NCBI RefSeq assembly: GCF_000143415.4
Contig: NW_003314268.1
Coordinates: 728,128 to 792,127 of the forward strand
DNA: 64,000 nucleotides
Reading direction: 5' to 3'
DNA from: Selaginella moellendorffii
Taxonomy: Eukaryota; Plantae; Lycopodiophyta
The first letter of the stretch is position 1, and each line of letters opens with the position of its first letter. The position numbers and the translations under genes were made by a program. Of the stretch, positions 25,186 through 39,500 are shown in pieces. The notes beneath the pieces are model-generated. The model was not told the origin of the DNA. It did not search any database and saw nothing but the letters and a program-made list of their open reading frames with translations.

Positions 25186-26685
25186 AGCTTGCCCTTTGCA
25201 AAATGCCTTTAATGCCCTAACCCTTACTAAATCTATTTCACTTTAATGCGTTCGTTTACATTTCTCGGCAGTGACTTAGGCAGCGCCCTGGCTCTTGAAA
25301 CTCAGGCACGCTGGAACCAGCTCACAGGCTGCATCCCAGAAGATGTTTACACACTCTCATCTCTCAATATCTAGACTTGAGTCTGGAACAAGTCCCTGGA
25401 GCTGGTTTCTAATGCTTCCAGCTTGAGAGTGCTGATCAAACCAGCTACTGGATACCATCTGACCTCAGTAAACTTTCCAGAAGAAAACAAAGAAACGAGA
25501 TGGTAGCTATAGTAAGTACAGTCTTTATGTGCTTTCTTTGTTGGTGAATGTTTAGATGCTTACCCTAGATGTGCCATTCTTAACATGCAAACTTTTTGAC
25601 ATGACAAAACTTCAAGAGCATTGAATTCACAAGGTAAGTGCTCTCTATCATTCTCCTTAAAGCTTATGCTTTACGTCATGCAGGAAAATGCAAGTCAATT
25701 TTGGTCATGTTTGCTGTTGAGCTGCATCTTGTTACCAAGCACACATACTTCTGCCACCAATTTGCTTTTTGAAACTTTTGTATGACATTGAATTTAGCAG
25801 ACACAAAACTTTTTATTTGTTCTTTTTTAGATACAACGTCCTATGAGTCCATTCTGAGTTCATCGTCAAGCTCAGGTGGTTCAGAGGAAGGAGGAGAAGC
25901 TGTTTTTAGTGATGGAGAGCATGTGGAGTTCGAGGACAATATTAGGGATGATGCTGTTGCTTATATGGTGGAAGAATCGTCATCAGATGGAGATCAAGAT
26001 GCAGAGAAACTTATTTTCGGTCTCAAGGAGATATTTGATTTCAACCATATCCCACTAAAGAAGCAATCTTGAATTCTGAATAAAGAAGAACAGTATTTCT
26101 ATGTATTACAAACAATGCTTTATGAGGGATGCAAGTTGTCTAGCTTCCCACCTTCAACAACTTCAAATAATACACTGTTATGACCCAGCACTAAATAACA
26201 AAGACAAAGACGTTTAACCTTGCATAAACTATGTTATGCCTTCTCTTGAGGTTCCTTTAATTATTCTATATATAGTTGAGTTATCAAATAGTGATTAAAA
26301 GTCTCTTCCTTTAATCAGAATAGTTTTTTTTGTCATCTTTACTTTGCAAATTTTGCAACTTTTTAGTATTTAACTTAATGCTAATAAAAGATTAACTATT
26401 CTTTTTTCTTTATTACTTATTCTTCAATTGTGAATAATCAGTTTTATAATATCCAAGTTCACCACAATGATGATATAAATTGGTGATGATCATAAATTTG
26501 GAGTCTAACTTGCCACAACACTTGATACAATCCTTTCTACTAAGCAAAGAGCCCTTTAGGTAAATTATATACTATAAATTTTGAAAAATAAACAAATACC
26601 AATCATCCCTAGATATGTATAATAATGAGAATTATAACATCGCTCCAAGTAGTTATAAGTTAAATAAGTTAAATAAACTTCGCTC

Positions 26686-27531
26686 CAACCAGCATCCTAA
26701 TGACAGGATCAGCATGCAAAACGGAGCCAAATGAAGTCTAATGCTATTTTGGCATACCAATAGCCTAACATAAAGACATAGGTACTTCACCAGTTAGCAT
26801 GGTGTGAAACTTGGGCTTAGACCTAAGCCAAATGCAAAACAAAGACAAGCATGTAAGCAGGAGTTAAACTATGTCTCAGGTTGATCGGCTATGCGCGACC
26901 TACCCACTGTCCCTACTATACATTTGGAACCCCCCATAGCCTCCCTCCCCCCCCTTTGAGGAGCACACGCTTTAGGCTTTCACCCCAAGCCTCCCTTAGT
27001 ACTAGAAGTTAGTCTCTAGAACAAGCTTGAAACTTACTAAATATGGAATGTTCTTAGATTGCAAATTTGGACACGAGACGAACATCATTGTGTTAATGAA
27101 TCTCTACATTCCGTAAATATGCCAAATAAGTAAATTTAGACACTTTTTATAAATAATATTTGGGACCAAAATGAGACTAACACAAAAGGTATGATAGCAA
27201 GGGTGTTTGGCAGACACGATAAACTATCATCTAGCAATATTGAGGGACCAAACTCAATATTGTGCGGGTTCTTAATACTAGCAAGTACAAGCCAATGACA
27301 CAAGTTTCTCAAACTAGGCCAAGTATGCTCAGCAAGAAACACATAGAGGTTCTTACCTTATATTTATCCAATCTAAGTGCATGGTTATTGACCAATTTCT
27401 CAACTAGCCCAAGTGGGAACTGATAACAGGTCCAACAATACTGACCTCCTGCTATCATGGCAGTAAGGAAATTGTGTCCGTAAGGACTAGCCGACAAGTA
27501 ACTTTCGATACCCAAAGTCACATTCGTGACA
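26686..27531 (-). mobile_element. Truncated paralogue of solo LTR 7129-8277
   Basis: Same right junction (gtgaca|acttt). The left ~300 bp is replaced by filler DNA. Confidence 0.85.
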
Positions 27532-27707
27532 ACTTTATACTCCACATAACATTACTATTATCTCATTTATATGTGGCAAAAGTGTTTAACAAACTTTGCT
27601 CCAAGTAGTGCAAGAATGGTCATCAAATATTAATCCCAGGTCCTAATATTATCAACTTATAGCAATCATAAAAGTAAACTCAACTCTATTAGCAATGTTA
27701 GATCATG

Positions 27708-28142
27708 CTATTTCCATATTGAATTAGCAACACTTCTATTTCCATATTAAATTTACCAATCCTTTCATTGTGTAAACCAGCTATTCCATGTAAGGCAACT
27801 AGTCATCCATTCATACCGTAGTCCCACAGTGGATACCTTCATTCGTGGATACTCTACTAAGAGGAAGGATGTACGCATGGATGCCCAATACATACGATTT
27901 CAAATTTAGAAGTAGGAATATATGTTGCTCAAGGGTATATTATATTTTTAAGTAACCACTAATTAATAGGATTTGAACCCGTGCCATTTGTTCCGATACC
28001 ACACTATCTTTCTCCCTTTAAACCAACTGGAAAAGGATGAGAGAACCCTTAATGGCTATTTTATCCTTATTTATTCCTGAAAGTTCCAAAAATCCACAAT
28101 AACAATATATCCAAATTTCATCCCATGATCACATGCATTACA
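27708..28142 (-). mobile_element. TRIM paralogue, truncated by deletion
   Basis: Matches ~9800-10159 and is followed by CTAGC. Confidence 0.8.
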
Positions 28143-29332
28143 CTAGCAAAATTCTTCCACTTTAATAATGAAAAGACTGCAACATAATCACCTTTTAACA
28201 ATGTCTAAAAACTATGCAAATACGCATAAATCTTTTTGAAAGTTTTGTTTTCATGGAGTAGTTCACCTCCATTAGTTGCAACATATGGCTAATATACATA
28301 ATAGAATTATATTAACCAAACACAATCATGCTCTTTTGCAACAACACACCTTTGAGATAATGTCAAAAGCATTTACAAAAGGTTGAGTGTAGTTAAAATA
28401 CTCAAAAACTAGAAAAATTGTCAACACATCTTTAAGATCTACGAATGTCTATTCACAATCCCAAATTAGATGAAAAATAATATGAACAACTTCATTAATG
28501 CTTGCAATGATAAAAAAGACAATAACATGAAAAAGATATTACACCTTGCCAAGAAAGTGCTGCATGTTGTTCATGCACTTTGGAGTAGAAAACTTCATAA
28601 CATCCACAAGTATGTCAGAATCAATTTGTAAATTTCCATGAAAAATATAATACTCAAGATATATGCATTTTAACCGTATTAATGTCAAATTAACTTCCTA
28701 TAGCTGATCCCAATGTTTTACAAACATCACAAGTGTGTTCCTCCTATGTCCCCTTAAAGTGGATCAAGACATTATCAATGAAATTAATAGTCACCTTTAA
28801 CATATTATAAAGAATATCATCCAAAAAGTTTCCAAAGAATTATTCAATCTATACAGCATCATAAAAATTCATATAAATTAAATGGGTTATAGAAGTAATA
28901 TTTAAAACATCCTCATGTAAGCAACTAAATCACTTAACCACACATTTGACCACTTGGAGGAGTTTCACTCACCATTTTTATAAATTTTATTCCCATCTTA
29001 AGAACTTGCTAGCCTCATGAATGACTTGTATGCCACTCAACTTTTGCACTTGGTCCAAATGCTCTAAATGTCCAATCCCACAATAAACACCTAAAGATAC
29101 CAATAACATATCATCCTATTATACTAAAGTTATATCCATTCACCTTTATTTAATTGGTAGCCTAGAACCACCTATACCACAATGTTGTCTCCCAAAGATT
29201 AGGCCATCTGTCCATGAGTGGTCATCTTATGACCACATTTTAGCTTCCTTAAGATGCCTAGAGACATAGAAAACACCCTTCTTTAATATCCCTTTTTCAG
29301 TCTCTATCTAATCCCTTTTCATCCATAGTTGT

Positions 29333-32300
29333 TGTCGCGAATGTGACTTTGGGTATCGAAAGTTACCTGTCGACTAGTCCTTACGGACACTCTTACCTTA
29401 CTGCCACGATGGTAGGAGGTCGGTATTGCTAGGCCCGTTATCAGTCTCCGCCTAAGCTAGTTGAGAAACTGGTTTTCGCGTGTGCACTTGACCAGATGGG
29501 CATAAGGATGGAATTCCTACGTGCTATTTGTCAAGCATACTTGACCTGGTTAGAGAAACTCATTCGTTGATTTGCATTTGCTAGTTTTGGGAACCCCCGC
29601 GATATTGAGATTGGTCCCTCAATATCGCTAGATGATAGCTTACCGTGTCTGCCAAACACCCTTGCTACCATGCCCTTTGTGTTAATCTCATTTCGGTCCC
29701 AAACGCTATTTATGGAAAGTGTCCAGATTTGCTCATTTGGCATATCTACGGAATGTAGAGATCGGTCGTTTGTCCCATGTCCAAATTCACAATCTAGGGA
29801 CATTCCATATTTAGTGTCCCAAAGACTAACTCCTGATATTAAGGGAGGCTTAGGGTGAAAGCCCAAAGCGTGTGTTCCTCAACGGGGGGGGCGGGGGGGG
29901 GGGGGGGGCTTTGGGGGGTTCCAAATGTATAGTAGGGATAGTGGGTAGGTCGGGCATGGCCGACTAACCTAAGGCATAGTTTAGCTCCCGCTTGCGTGTC
30001 TGTCCTTGTTCTGCGTCCGGCTTGGGTCTAAGCCCAAGTTCCATTCCATGCTAGTTGGTGGAGTACCCATGTTCTCGCGTTAGGCCACCGGTATGCCGAA
30101 ATAGCGCCAGACTCCGTTTGGCTCCGTTTTGTGTGCTGGTCTTGGCATTGGAATGTTGGTTACTCTAGGACTGTTCCAAGTTGCTCCAGGCTCCTGTCCC
30201 TTCGCTCCTTAGGCTTTATGCTCAGGAGTTCCTCCGTGGTTCGGTTCCATCACTCCTTGGCTCCACGCTTGGGAGTTTGGCACTGTTCCTTCGTTTAGTG
30301 GCCCAAGGCGCTAAACCTCAGGTTCCTATGGACACATTGCATGGACACGTGGCATGTGACATGTGGCATCTGTCACGTGGCACAAAGAGGGTTTAGGTTC
30401 CGCTTCGTGGTATTATCCTATGGTAAATCACCATACGATAAAGGGTCAAAACCACGTACGCTACATTTGGTATTAGATGATGAATCTCAGTGAGTACTAT
30501 TCAATGAGATTGGGCAACTAGTCTCGTTGCATACGCAAAGATGAAAACGATGATCCAAGTGGGTACACGTTTGGTGCAAAGGGTTCACATTCATTCCTTG
30601 GGTATGGTTTTGGTTATCTTTTGTACCTAATAATGTGAGCTTGCTCTTGGGCTCATAGGATAGATTTGAGATGCTCCGTTAGCACGAGTTTACGCTTGGG
30701 CTCGTGTGTGAGGCATATTAGCAACTCAAGGTTACGTTTTCAGTTGGTAGGATTAATGTTAGCCTATCGGTCGTTCTATGGGTTGTTCCAATGGTTCTAT
30801 AAGTTGTTCCATGTACCGTGGGTAAAAGCAAACCTTCCCTAGGTTTGCTATAAGTGGCAAATATGCTAATCCATAGCTGTTTAGCATGACACTAGTGGAT
30901 CCTTCTTAGGCATGATTACAAGTGGATCAATCAAGACTGTAGGGATTAGTCTATTGGTTCAAGTAGTCATTGCTGTGCTCTCTCATAAACTTCTCTTGGA
31001 TTGGACTGAAGGTAGTGTGAAAGCAAGCTTGAGGTGTAGTCAAAGATGAGACCGAAAGGAGAGTCATCAGGGACGAAGGATCAAACACGTAAATCATGTT
31101 CTCTTCTTGGAGAGATAATTCGCAACGAGGTGTGACCCATTGCCCGTTTTCACATCATGCAATCAAGAGCCCCTACCTTAATGCATGTTGGAAATGATGG
31201 TCTTGTAAATGGTGAGTCATGGGATGGATAGCAGTTGAAGTGCTAAACCATTTTGTCTAGGCTTGCTATTAGAAGACTTGGGTTGCAATGCTCAATTCTT
31301 TTCTGGGGAACCTTGCTATTGCTCCTTGAGTAACTTGGTGTTGGATTAGTTTTGAGTTTGGTCGGAAAGAGAGTGGCATAAGCTTGTCTGTGTTGTGAAT
31401 AAAAGTTAGTGGTTCTGGGTGTTGTAAATCACTATCAGTGGAGTGTGGCATTTATGTTACATTTTGTCGAATCGAGTTGACACTTGATACTCACATAAAC
31501 TTTTGTAGTAATGACATTGGCATTGCTCATTATGTTACTCAATTTATGATCAAATCATTGTGATACTTATATCATATCCATGTGATAATGAGCGATGTGT
31601 TTACGAAGTTGCTTGGTTAAACGATGATCAACCCCAAAGTGGTTGATGGTGAAGCTAGTCTACTTGCACGAAGTAGCATTGTAGTAGCTTTGACTGGATC
31701 CTTGATGGTGGTCCATTATGCTAAGCTTAAGTTGGTTCCTTGGTTCCTTGAGGATTTGCCCATAAGGTGTTGGAAAAAGGGTTGTAACATTCATTTGCTA
31801 TAGCTCATTAGTTGATCCGTTAACACTTGAAGTAGATTGTTAGATAGAGAAGGTGTGAGGTTGAGGCATTGACATTACTAGCATTTGTGTTAGTGGAAGT
31901 GGCATTGTTATTTTAAGTGATGAGGAAGTTTCCTTAGAGTTTGATTTTCCATGTCATTTTTCTTGTTAGTGTTTTAGTTTCACATTGAATCTTGAAAGTG
32001 GTTAAAGAAGAGTGTTAGTGCAATGTGGATATCCGAAGATGTGGTCTTCGTGATCAAGCCTTGGATGTTCCATTTGCATTTTACAGATGTCAGTGTTGGA
32101 TGTCAAAAGAATGGGCAAAAAGATGTTCAAGGCTTAAACATACTATGGGTGATGAGAATTTGTGTTGGGGTGAACCTATGTGAAGTTGTTAATAGGAGGA
32201 AGTTGATTTAGTCTTGAAAGTTTGTATTCTTAGACTGAGAGTCATTCTTTCTCTAGGATGGAAATTTTCTACAAATTTTCTTAGATTTATCCAATAGCTG

Positions 32301-35300
32301 ATTTGTTGATCACTTTGCTCGAAAACCATTCCGTTTTCGTAAGCCAGTACAAACTAGTGAAAGGGTTGGAGTTGACTTTGGTTGGCTTAGACCTTAGTAG
32401 GTAATTTGTATGATGCAGCCCGAAAAGGATGCTAACTTTTGGGGCTAAGGCAATTGAGTTGGATAGATCTAGAGTTGGTGTAGAAAAGTGGCCATTGCAC
32501 TTTTCCAGAAAGGTGACCTTTGTGCCTTTCTTTTGTAGCATTATGCTTGGTGGCAGGTTGCACTTTGCATTTCGTTAGACTCTATGAGAGTAATGAGCTC
32601 TCACTGATCTTGACTTGGTCTTGGTGGCCCTACGCCTTGGCTAAGGATGGTGATGTTCAACTTAGTTGTTTGTAATTGAGATGTTGGTACCCATACTATA
32701 ACTTTGTTTAAGTGGAGGTTGTGTACCGATATGAGTCCATTTCGTAGTTTTCACTTTAGTTTCGACTAAATATTGATTACGCATAGCTAGCCTTTTCAAG
32801 GCATGCTCAGAGCCGTTGGCTAAATGTATTAGTGAGCTTATTGCGGTTGAGTTGGATTCGAGTGGTCATTTAGTTTGTGCTTATCAATGAACCTTTATCT
32901 CGTATCTGGGGTATTACGTTCATGTTGAATAAGTATATGATTTGATGACAAGAGTTAGTGTTTGGGTCTTGTGAAGGCAAGTTGAAGAGTGATTGTTAGT
33001 TGCCTTGCAACTAATGGTTGCTTATAGACTTCGTCGAGGACCTCTGATACTTGCTTCACTTGATGATGATTTAGCGGTGATGAGTTGCTTTACCGGATGG
33101 TGTTGTTAGACTTACATGGGTTTTCCATGTTGGCATGTCGATTTTACCTCTGTTGATATCATTTGGTTGTGTTTAGTTCATAGTGTTAGATTTCATTGAG
33201 TCTTGGACATGGTGATTCACTCCTTGAGGAAATGTTATCTGTACCTGAGTAATGTTGAAGGATTGGTCTCGGATACTAACTAAAGTATCTTCGACCTTGG
33301 TTAGCTTGGTTGCTAGAGAGCTTTGAGTGGTAATACATTCGTGCTTTCTTTTAGCTTTGTTCTAGTGTTGATGGCATTGAAGTGATGCTTTGTCGTTGAC
33401 ATTGTTGATGTTGAGATTTTAGTGAAATGAGATGTCTCTCCGCAAGATTGATGTCGAGTTTCATTAGTTTTGATAAAGATAGTGTTGATGATTTGGCTAT
33501 AGCTTTGTGTTATTAGCATTTGTACAATTGCTAATTAGCAACTGTATTGACGTTCAAATGAATTGAGTGGCAAGTTTGAGTTAGTTGTGTTCTAGACAAG
33601 ATTGTTTAGTAGAGGTTGAGTTTTGAGCTTTTCCTTGAAAAGTGATTTAATCATGGACTATGCTAGCTTTATAAAAGGAAAGAGTTAGTGATTGAATCCT
33701 TGCTGGATTTCAGTTGGGATATATCGATCATTGATGATTCTTCTTGTGCTTGCTATGAAGTGAGTTATGTCTTGCTATTGATAGATTCATGGAAGATCGA
33801 TTAGATGATCACTTGTTGAGCATAGCTCCATTATACTTGGCTTTTGAATTGATGCAAACATGCTCTTCATTAGCTTTGCATTATGTAGTATAGCTTATGG
33901 ATGTGTTGAGGAGGATATTGTGGGTTATACCATGATTTCTTCTTTAGCATTGAAGTTAGTTTATGCAAAGCTTGTGATCATTGTTAGGCAAGACTTAGCT
34001 ATAGACTTTTTCAAGCTTTTGGTTCTTTGAGTTTTATGCTCGTTGTTCCATTTGTTTAAAGTTGTTGGGGAAGGCATTTTGGCTTCTAGCTTCCAGATTG
34101 AAGTTAGTATTTGCATCTAGCAATCATTGGTGATAATTGACTATCATCTAGGATAACTGATTATCCTTGTCAAAGAGTTTTGCTTGATTATTATTGATAT
34201 AGATTGAGTTGCTATTCTTCGGGATGGTAGATTCTTTCTTCAACTATGATTATGCATCTCTTTCTTGATAGGATGATTGATGATCTTTCATGATGGTTAG
34301 TTGTTCTCTTTGATAGTTTTTGGTTTTTCGCAATATCACATGTTCTTTGTGGTTTGCTCTGGATTGGTTTTTTGGGTTTGAAACATCAGTAGGATGTTGC
34401 TGACACTTGCTTAAGCAACTTAAGTTCCTTAGTATTGTTGGCTGGGATCTATTCGGATTGGCTTTTGTGATAGTTGGCAGGAATGAGTGTTTGTTAGTTT
34501 TGCCACATTCATTCTATTCTGTTGATTATTACTCAAGTTAATTCTGATAGGTTGGGATGTTATTTCCTTTGGGTGATACATTCGCGAGCATTGTGCTTGT
34601 CAATCAATGATACTTTGTATTCTTTGAGTTCTCTTTCACAAATTGTTTGGCATTCTATCTACCATCTTTGATAGTTAAGTTTCATCATTGAGTTTCCTTG
34701 ATGATATACTAGCTATTGAATTTTGTTGGATCGTGCATTCTGTTTACCAGTTACAATGATCTTGGTGGTTCCTATACTATACTACTGGTTTATCGGACGA
34801 TAACTTGCTTGGAATACTTTTGTGTTCTAATGTAAGATTTAGTCACTGATAATTAAGTCTCTAAGATATCATTGTCTCTGACTTTGATATTGTCCATCTA
34901 TTGATCTTTGAGTTTGAGCCAGTATAGGCAGATTGGCTTTGGCACTTCGTGTGCATGTTGAAATCTCTAGTCATGGGGTAGCTACTGTCGACTGGTCACA
35001 TAACCCGCCTCTCTGTCGATGTTCCTTATTCCGTTCAAAAAAGCGTGACCGTGTAAACAACTCTAACTGCCTGTTTACAGTAGTCTATCTAAACCTTACC
35101 GACGGGTTTGGTTTCTTTGCTCATGAGGGTTGGGGCCTCTGGCTTCTCTCTCTATGTCCTTGCAGGCAAGAGTGTATCACACTTTTGTAAGCTGGGTGAT
35201 TCCCAGAGCAGCAAGGATGGCTGACTCCGTTGGTCATTTCCTTGTCGGCGACGGCCGGAAGGTGTCTGAGCTAATACCGCATCCGCGTTAGACAAAGAGG

Positions 35301-36593
35301 TTGCCTCCTAACTCATTTAAGTTGGTGCATTTCTCACATAGTGTGAATACCGTGAACTTTTTCTGGAGTTGTTTCCTTGGCGGTATTCTAGACTCGAGTG
35401 TGCATCGACGAGGACGTCGATCTTCCCTAGGGGGGGAGAGTGTCGCAAATGTGACTTTGGGTATCGAAAGTTACTTGTCGACTAGTCCTTACGGACACTC
35501 TTACCTTACTGCCACGATGGTAGGAGGTCGGTATTGTTGGGCCCGTTATCAGTCTTCGCCTAAGCTAGTTGAGAAACTGGTCTTCGTGTGTGCACTTGAC
35601 CAGATGGGCATAAGGATGGAATTCCTACGTGCTATTTGTCAAGCATACTTGACCTGGTTAGAGAAACTCATTCGTTGATTTGCACTTGCTAGTTTTGGGA
35701 ACCCCCGCGATATTAAGATTGGTCCCTCAATATCGCTAGATGATAGCTTACCGTGTCTGCCAAACACCCTCGCTATCATGCCCTTTGTGTTAATCTCATT
35801 TCGGTCCCAAATGCTATTATGGAAAGTGTCCAGATTTGCTCATTTGGCATATCTACGGAATGTAGAGATTAGTCTGAACACAATGGTGTTCGTCCCATGT
35901 CCAAATTCACAATCTAGGGACATTCCATATTTAGTAAGTTTCGAGCTTGTCCCAGAGACTAACTCCTGATACTAAGGGAGGCTTGGGGTGAAAGCCCAAA
36001 GCGTGTGTTCCTGAAGGGGGAGGGGGGCGGGCGGGGCTGTGGGGGGTTCTAAATGTATAGTAGGGATAGTGGGTAGGTCGGGCATGGCCGACCAACCTGA
36101 GGCATAGTCTAGCTCCCGCTTGCATGCCTGTCCTTGTTCTACATCTGGCTTGGGTCTAAGCCCAAGTTCCATTCCATGCTAGCTAGTGGAGTACCCATGT
36201 TCTTGCGTTAGGTCACCGGTATGCCGAAATAGCGCTAGACTCCATTTGGCTCTGTTTTATGTGCTGGTCCTGGCATTGGAATGTTGGTTACTCTAGGACT
36301 GTTCCAAGTTGCTCCAGGCTCCTGTCCCTTCTCTCCTTGGGCTTTATGCTCAGGAGTTGCTCCGTGGTTTGGTTCCATCACTCCTTGGCTCCACGCTTGG
36401 GAGTTTGGCACCGTTCCTTCATTCAGTGGCCCAAGGCGCTGAACCTCGGGTTCCTATGGACATGTGGCATGGACACGTGGCATGTGACACATGGCATCTG
36501 TCACATGGCACAAAGAGGGTTTAGGTTATGCTTCATGGTGTTATCCTATGGTAAATCACCATAGGATAAAGGGTCAAAACCACGTGCGCTACA
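29333..36593 (+). mobile_element. Full-length non-autonomous (LARD-like) Ty3/gypsy-derived LTR retrotransposon
   Basis: LTRs 29333-30465 and 35441-36593 (TGT...ACA), PBS tggtattaga (tRNA-iMet-like) at 30468, PPT agggggggagag at 35429-35440, TSD GTTGT on both sides, empty site at ~11645. The 5 kb interior has no long ORF. Confidence 0.95.
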
Positions 36594-39500
36594 GTTGTGC
36601 TTGCCAAAACTACCACTGTGTTAGCCCAAAGGCCTGAAGGCCTGACCACTAAGTCCTATCCACCTTTAAAACTTCCTTGCCACATGATTATATGTTTGGT
36701 CATTACACAAGAGGACTACTCCTTTTCCTTTCTACAGTCTAGGACTTTAGGATAATATTTCGAAACACTATAGCCCAATGTGAACCTTGTGGGTACTCTC
36801 CCCACCTTCTACCTCTAGGTGCCCTAGCCATGTGGCTAGAGCGAGGTTTCGATGAGCCATACCAAATATCCAAGTAGGTAGTAACACCTACACTTCTATG
36901 AGACACAAATCCTTAAACCCTAAACTCTAGACCATTTAAGTAGTTTAAGGGAAATTAAAACCTTTCTATCTTTGCTCTTCTTGCATCCTCAAACAATAGC
37001 TATCTAGAGTGGAGCCAAGAGGGTGCCATGTGGTAGTGGTTGAAGTGGACGCTAGACAAGCGTAACACATTTGGACTAAAAGCTTTAACTCAAAAAGTTG
37101 AGAACAAGAGTGGAACTCCTATTGAAAGCATAAAGCAATCAATAAGCAAGCCTCTAGAAAAGGGAAACAAAAGGATCAACATATGACACGTGGAAGTGTC
37201 AGAATTGAGTCTGAGATGGACTTGAGATGGAATCCGAGGAGTCCAAGATAGAGTCCGAATTGAAGTATGAGATGGATGCAAGATGGAGTCCGAGAAAGAG
37301 TCCGAGATGGACCCGAGATGGACCCAAGATGGAGCCTAAGATAGAGTTTGAGATGGACCCAAGATCGAGTCTAGATGGAGTCTAAGAAGGAGTCTGAGAT
37401 GGAGCCCAAAATGGAGCTTGAGACAGGGACCAGGACTGGGACCAAGATAGAGGCCAAGACCCAGACCAAGTCCAAGACCGAGTCCAAGACTGAGTCCAAG
37501 ACCTAGTCCAAATTTGAGTTTGAATCTGAAGTGAAATCCCAAAGCAATTATTTCTCAAGTGAGCTTTAAAAGGATAGTAAGGGGAAGACTTCAGTGGAAC
37601 TAATTTGGCTAGTAAAACCAATGTGGCTAAGGAAGGTTATACCCATGTGGTGGGTAATGATATAACCATTAAGGAGTCAAAGACTAAAGTGAATATAGAT
37701 AGACAAGTGGGGTAACTTAGTGAAGTATTCAAGAGCTAACTCTAACTCCCTTGGGAGATCAAATAGTCAATGCTCCCAATCTAAGTGTGGGTGGCACTAC
37801 CTACTTGGATACCTAGCATTGCTCATCAAAACCTTGCTCTAGCCACATGGCTAGGGCACCCAAAGGCAAAAGGTGGAAAGAGTATCTATTAGGGCATCTT
37901 TTAGCCTCAATTATGGATCCATCCCTCACATATAAACTCACAAAGCTGTAGCTTCAAACTCAACAACAAGAGAAAATGAGGAGGACCCTTGATATTTCAC
38001 CTTCACATGGTTTTTATACAATCATTTGGAATATTTTAAGAATCAAAATATCCTCTCCCTCTCTCTCAAGACACCCATATCTACAACTGGGGAGTAGGAG
38101 TAAGAGTAGTAGTGGGAGCAAGAGCAATAGTAAGAGTAGGAATAAAAATAGGGGTAGAGGTAAGAGTAGGAGCGGGGCAAGAGTAGGGTTAGGAGCAAGA
38201 GTAAGAGTTGCTTCTCTAGCTGCAACATGTGATACGAGGAGAAGGTGGCAATGAGTTAGTGTTGCAACAAGCAACTATTGGTGGGTGCACAAGACTTTGG
38301 TGCGCAAGAACCCATGGCTAAGATGCTCCCATATGCTAGAATGTAGTGTCTAGAGTGGGTAATTGCTGAAACAAAGAGAAATGGGAAAGAAAACAAGAGA
38401 TGGAAATAAAAAATAAAATAAAGATGAAAGTAGAAGATGGGAAAGGAGTTTAAAGTGCAAAGATACAAGGAAAACCCAATGGGAAACTATGTATTTGAAT
38501 TAGATACTCAAGAAAGTAGGAAAAAAGGGAAAAATGAGAAGAAAAGAGTAAAAAAACCAAATGGAAAGAAGCTCAAACACTCTGGAAAGTGAATATGCAA
38601 ATGCAACCTCAAGCTCATGTAGTTTGTGCTCAAAACTTTGGCTGAGAATGAAGAAGAAAGCATAGGGACTGTATTGCCTAATGGTGGTAACTATGAAATA
38701 GAAGACGAATTATAATGGAATAAAGTGATGATAGGGGATTTTGGTAGATGGATGATATGATTGAGTGTGTCCAAGGATGGGCTCTAATCTGATGTAGTGA
38801 AATGTGAAGTCATAGCTACTGCTCACACCAAAAACTGCTGGACTATTGCTCAAGGATGCCCTTTGCAATCAGGCTATTCTACTAGAAGAAGGAATCAGTT
38901 CTAAAAAGAAGAAAGTTGCAGTATGTGACTAGTTCATTGAATATCTCACATGTTGTGCATGAGAATATCTTGATTTGTGTTTTTGCTTGTCTCGAAGAGC
39001 CTTTATGATGAAGTGTTGTCCACAAATGTCTAGTATGAATGGATGATGAATGGTGGAAAATGTGAAAGATATTATTAGGTATGTGTAGTGTGTGGTAGAG
39101 AATTCTAGAGTATAGATGATATAGAATGGTGATGAAAATGTGAGGATGGAACTGATGTAGGGAAAAAAACTAAAGAAATGAAGCACAAATCAACAAGAGT
39201 CGAGAAATTTTCATACAATCAATAATGCAGCTAGAGCGTGTTCATTAAAAGAGACTTTCTCCACATAATTCCTTGACCTGAAAAAAGATGTAAAAAGAGT
39301 GAGAGCAGAAAGAAAAACAAAAAAAAAAAAAAAAGTAAAAAAATAAGTGCAAGTGGCTTTTGTGATGGGTGATGATGATGGAAGCATCAAAAGGATGCAA
39401 GGAATCCTATAAAAGGCCTAGAATGCCGCTGAAACTAACTTAGTCACCCTCAAGTGTTAGATTGCATCGAAAATGCCTAAGGTGGTGAATAATGTCACTG

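Larger units (their letters stand above)
19004..25996 (+). repeat. Segmental duplication block A, copy 2 (direct)
   Basis: Starts agtagttgtataccag as position 1 does. Differs from copy 1 only by scattered SNPs and a few small indels. Confidence 0.97.
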
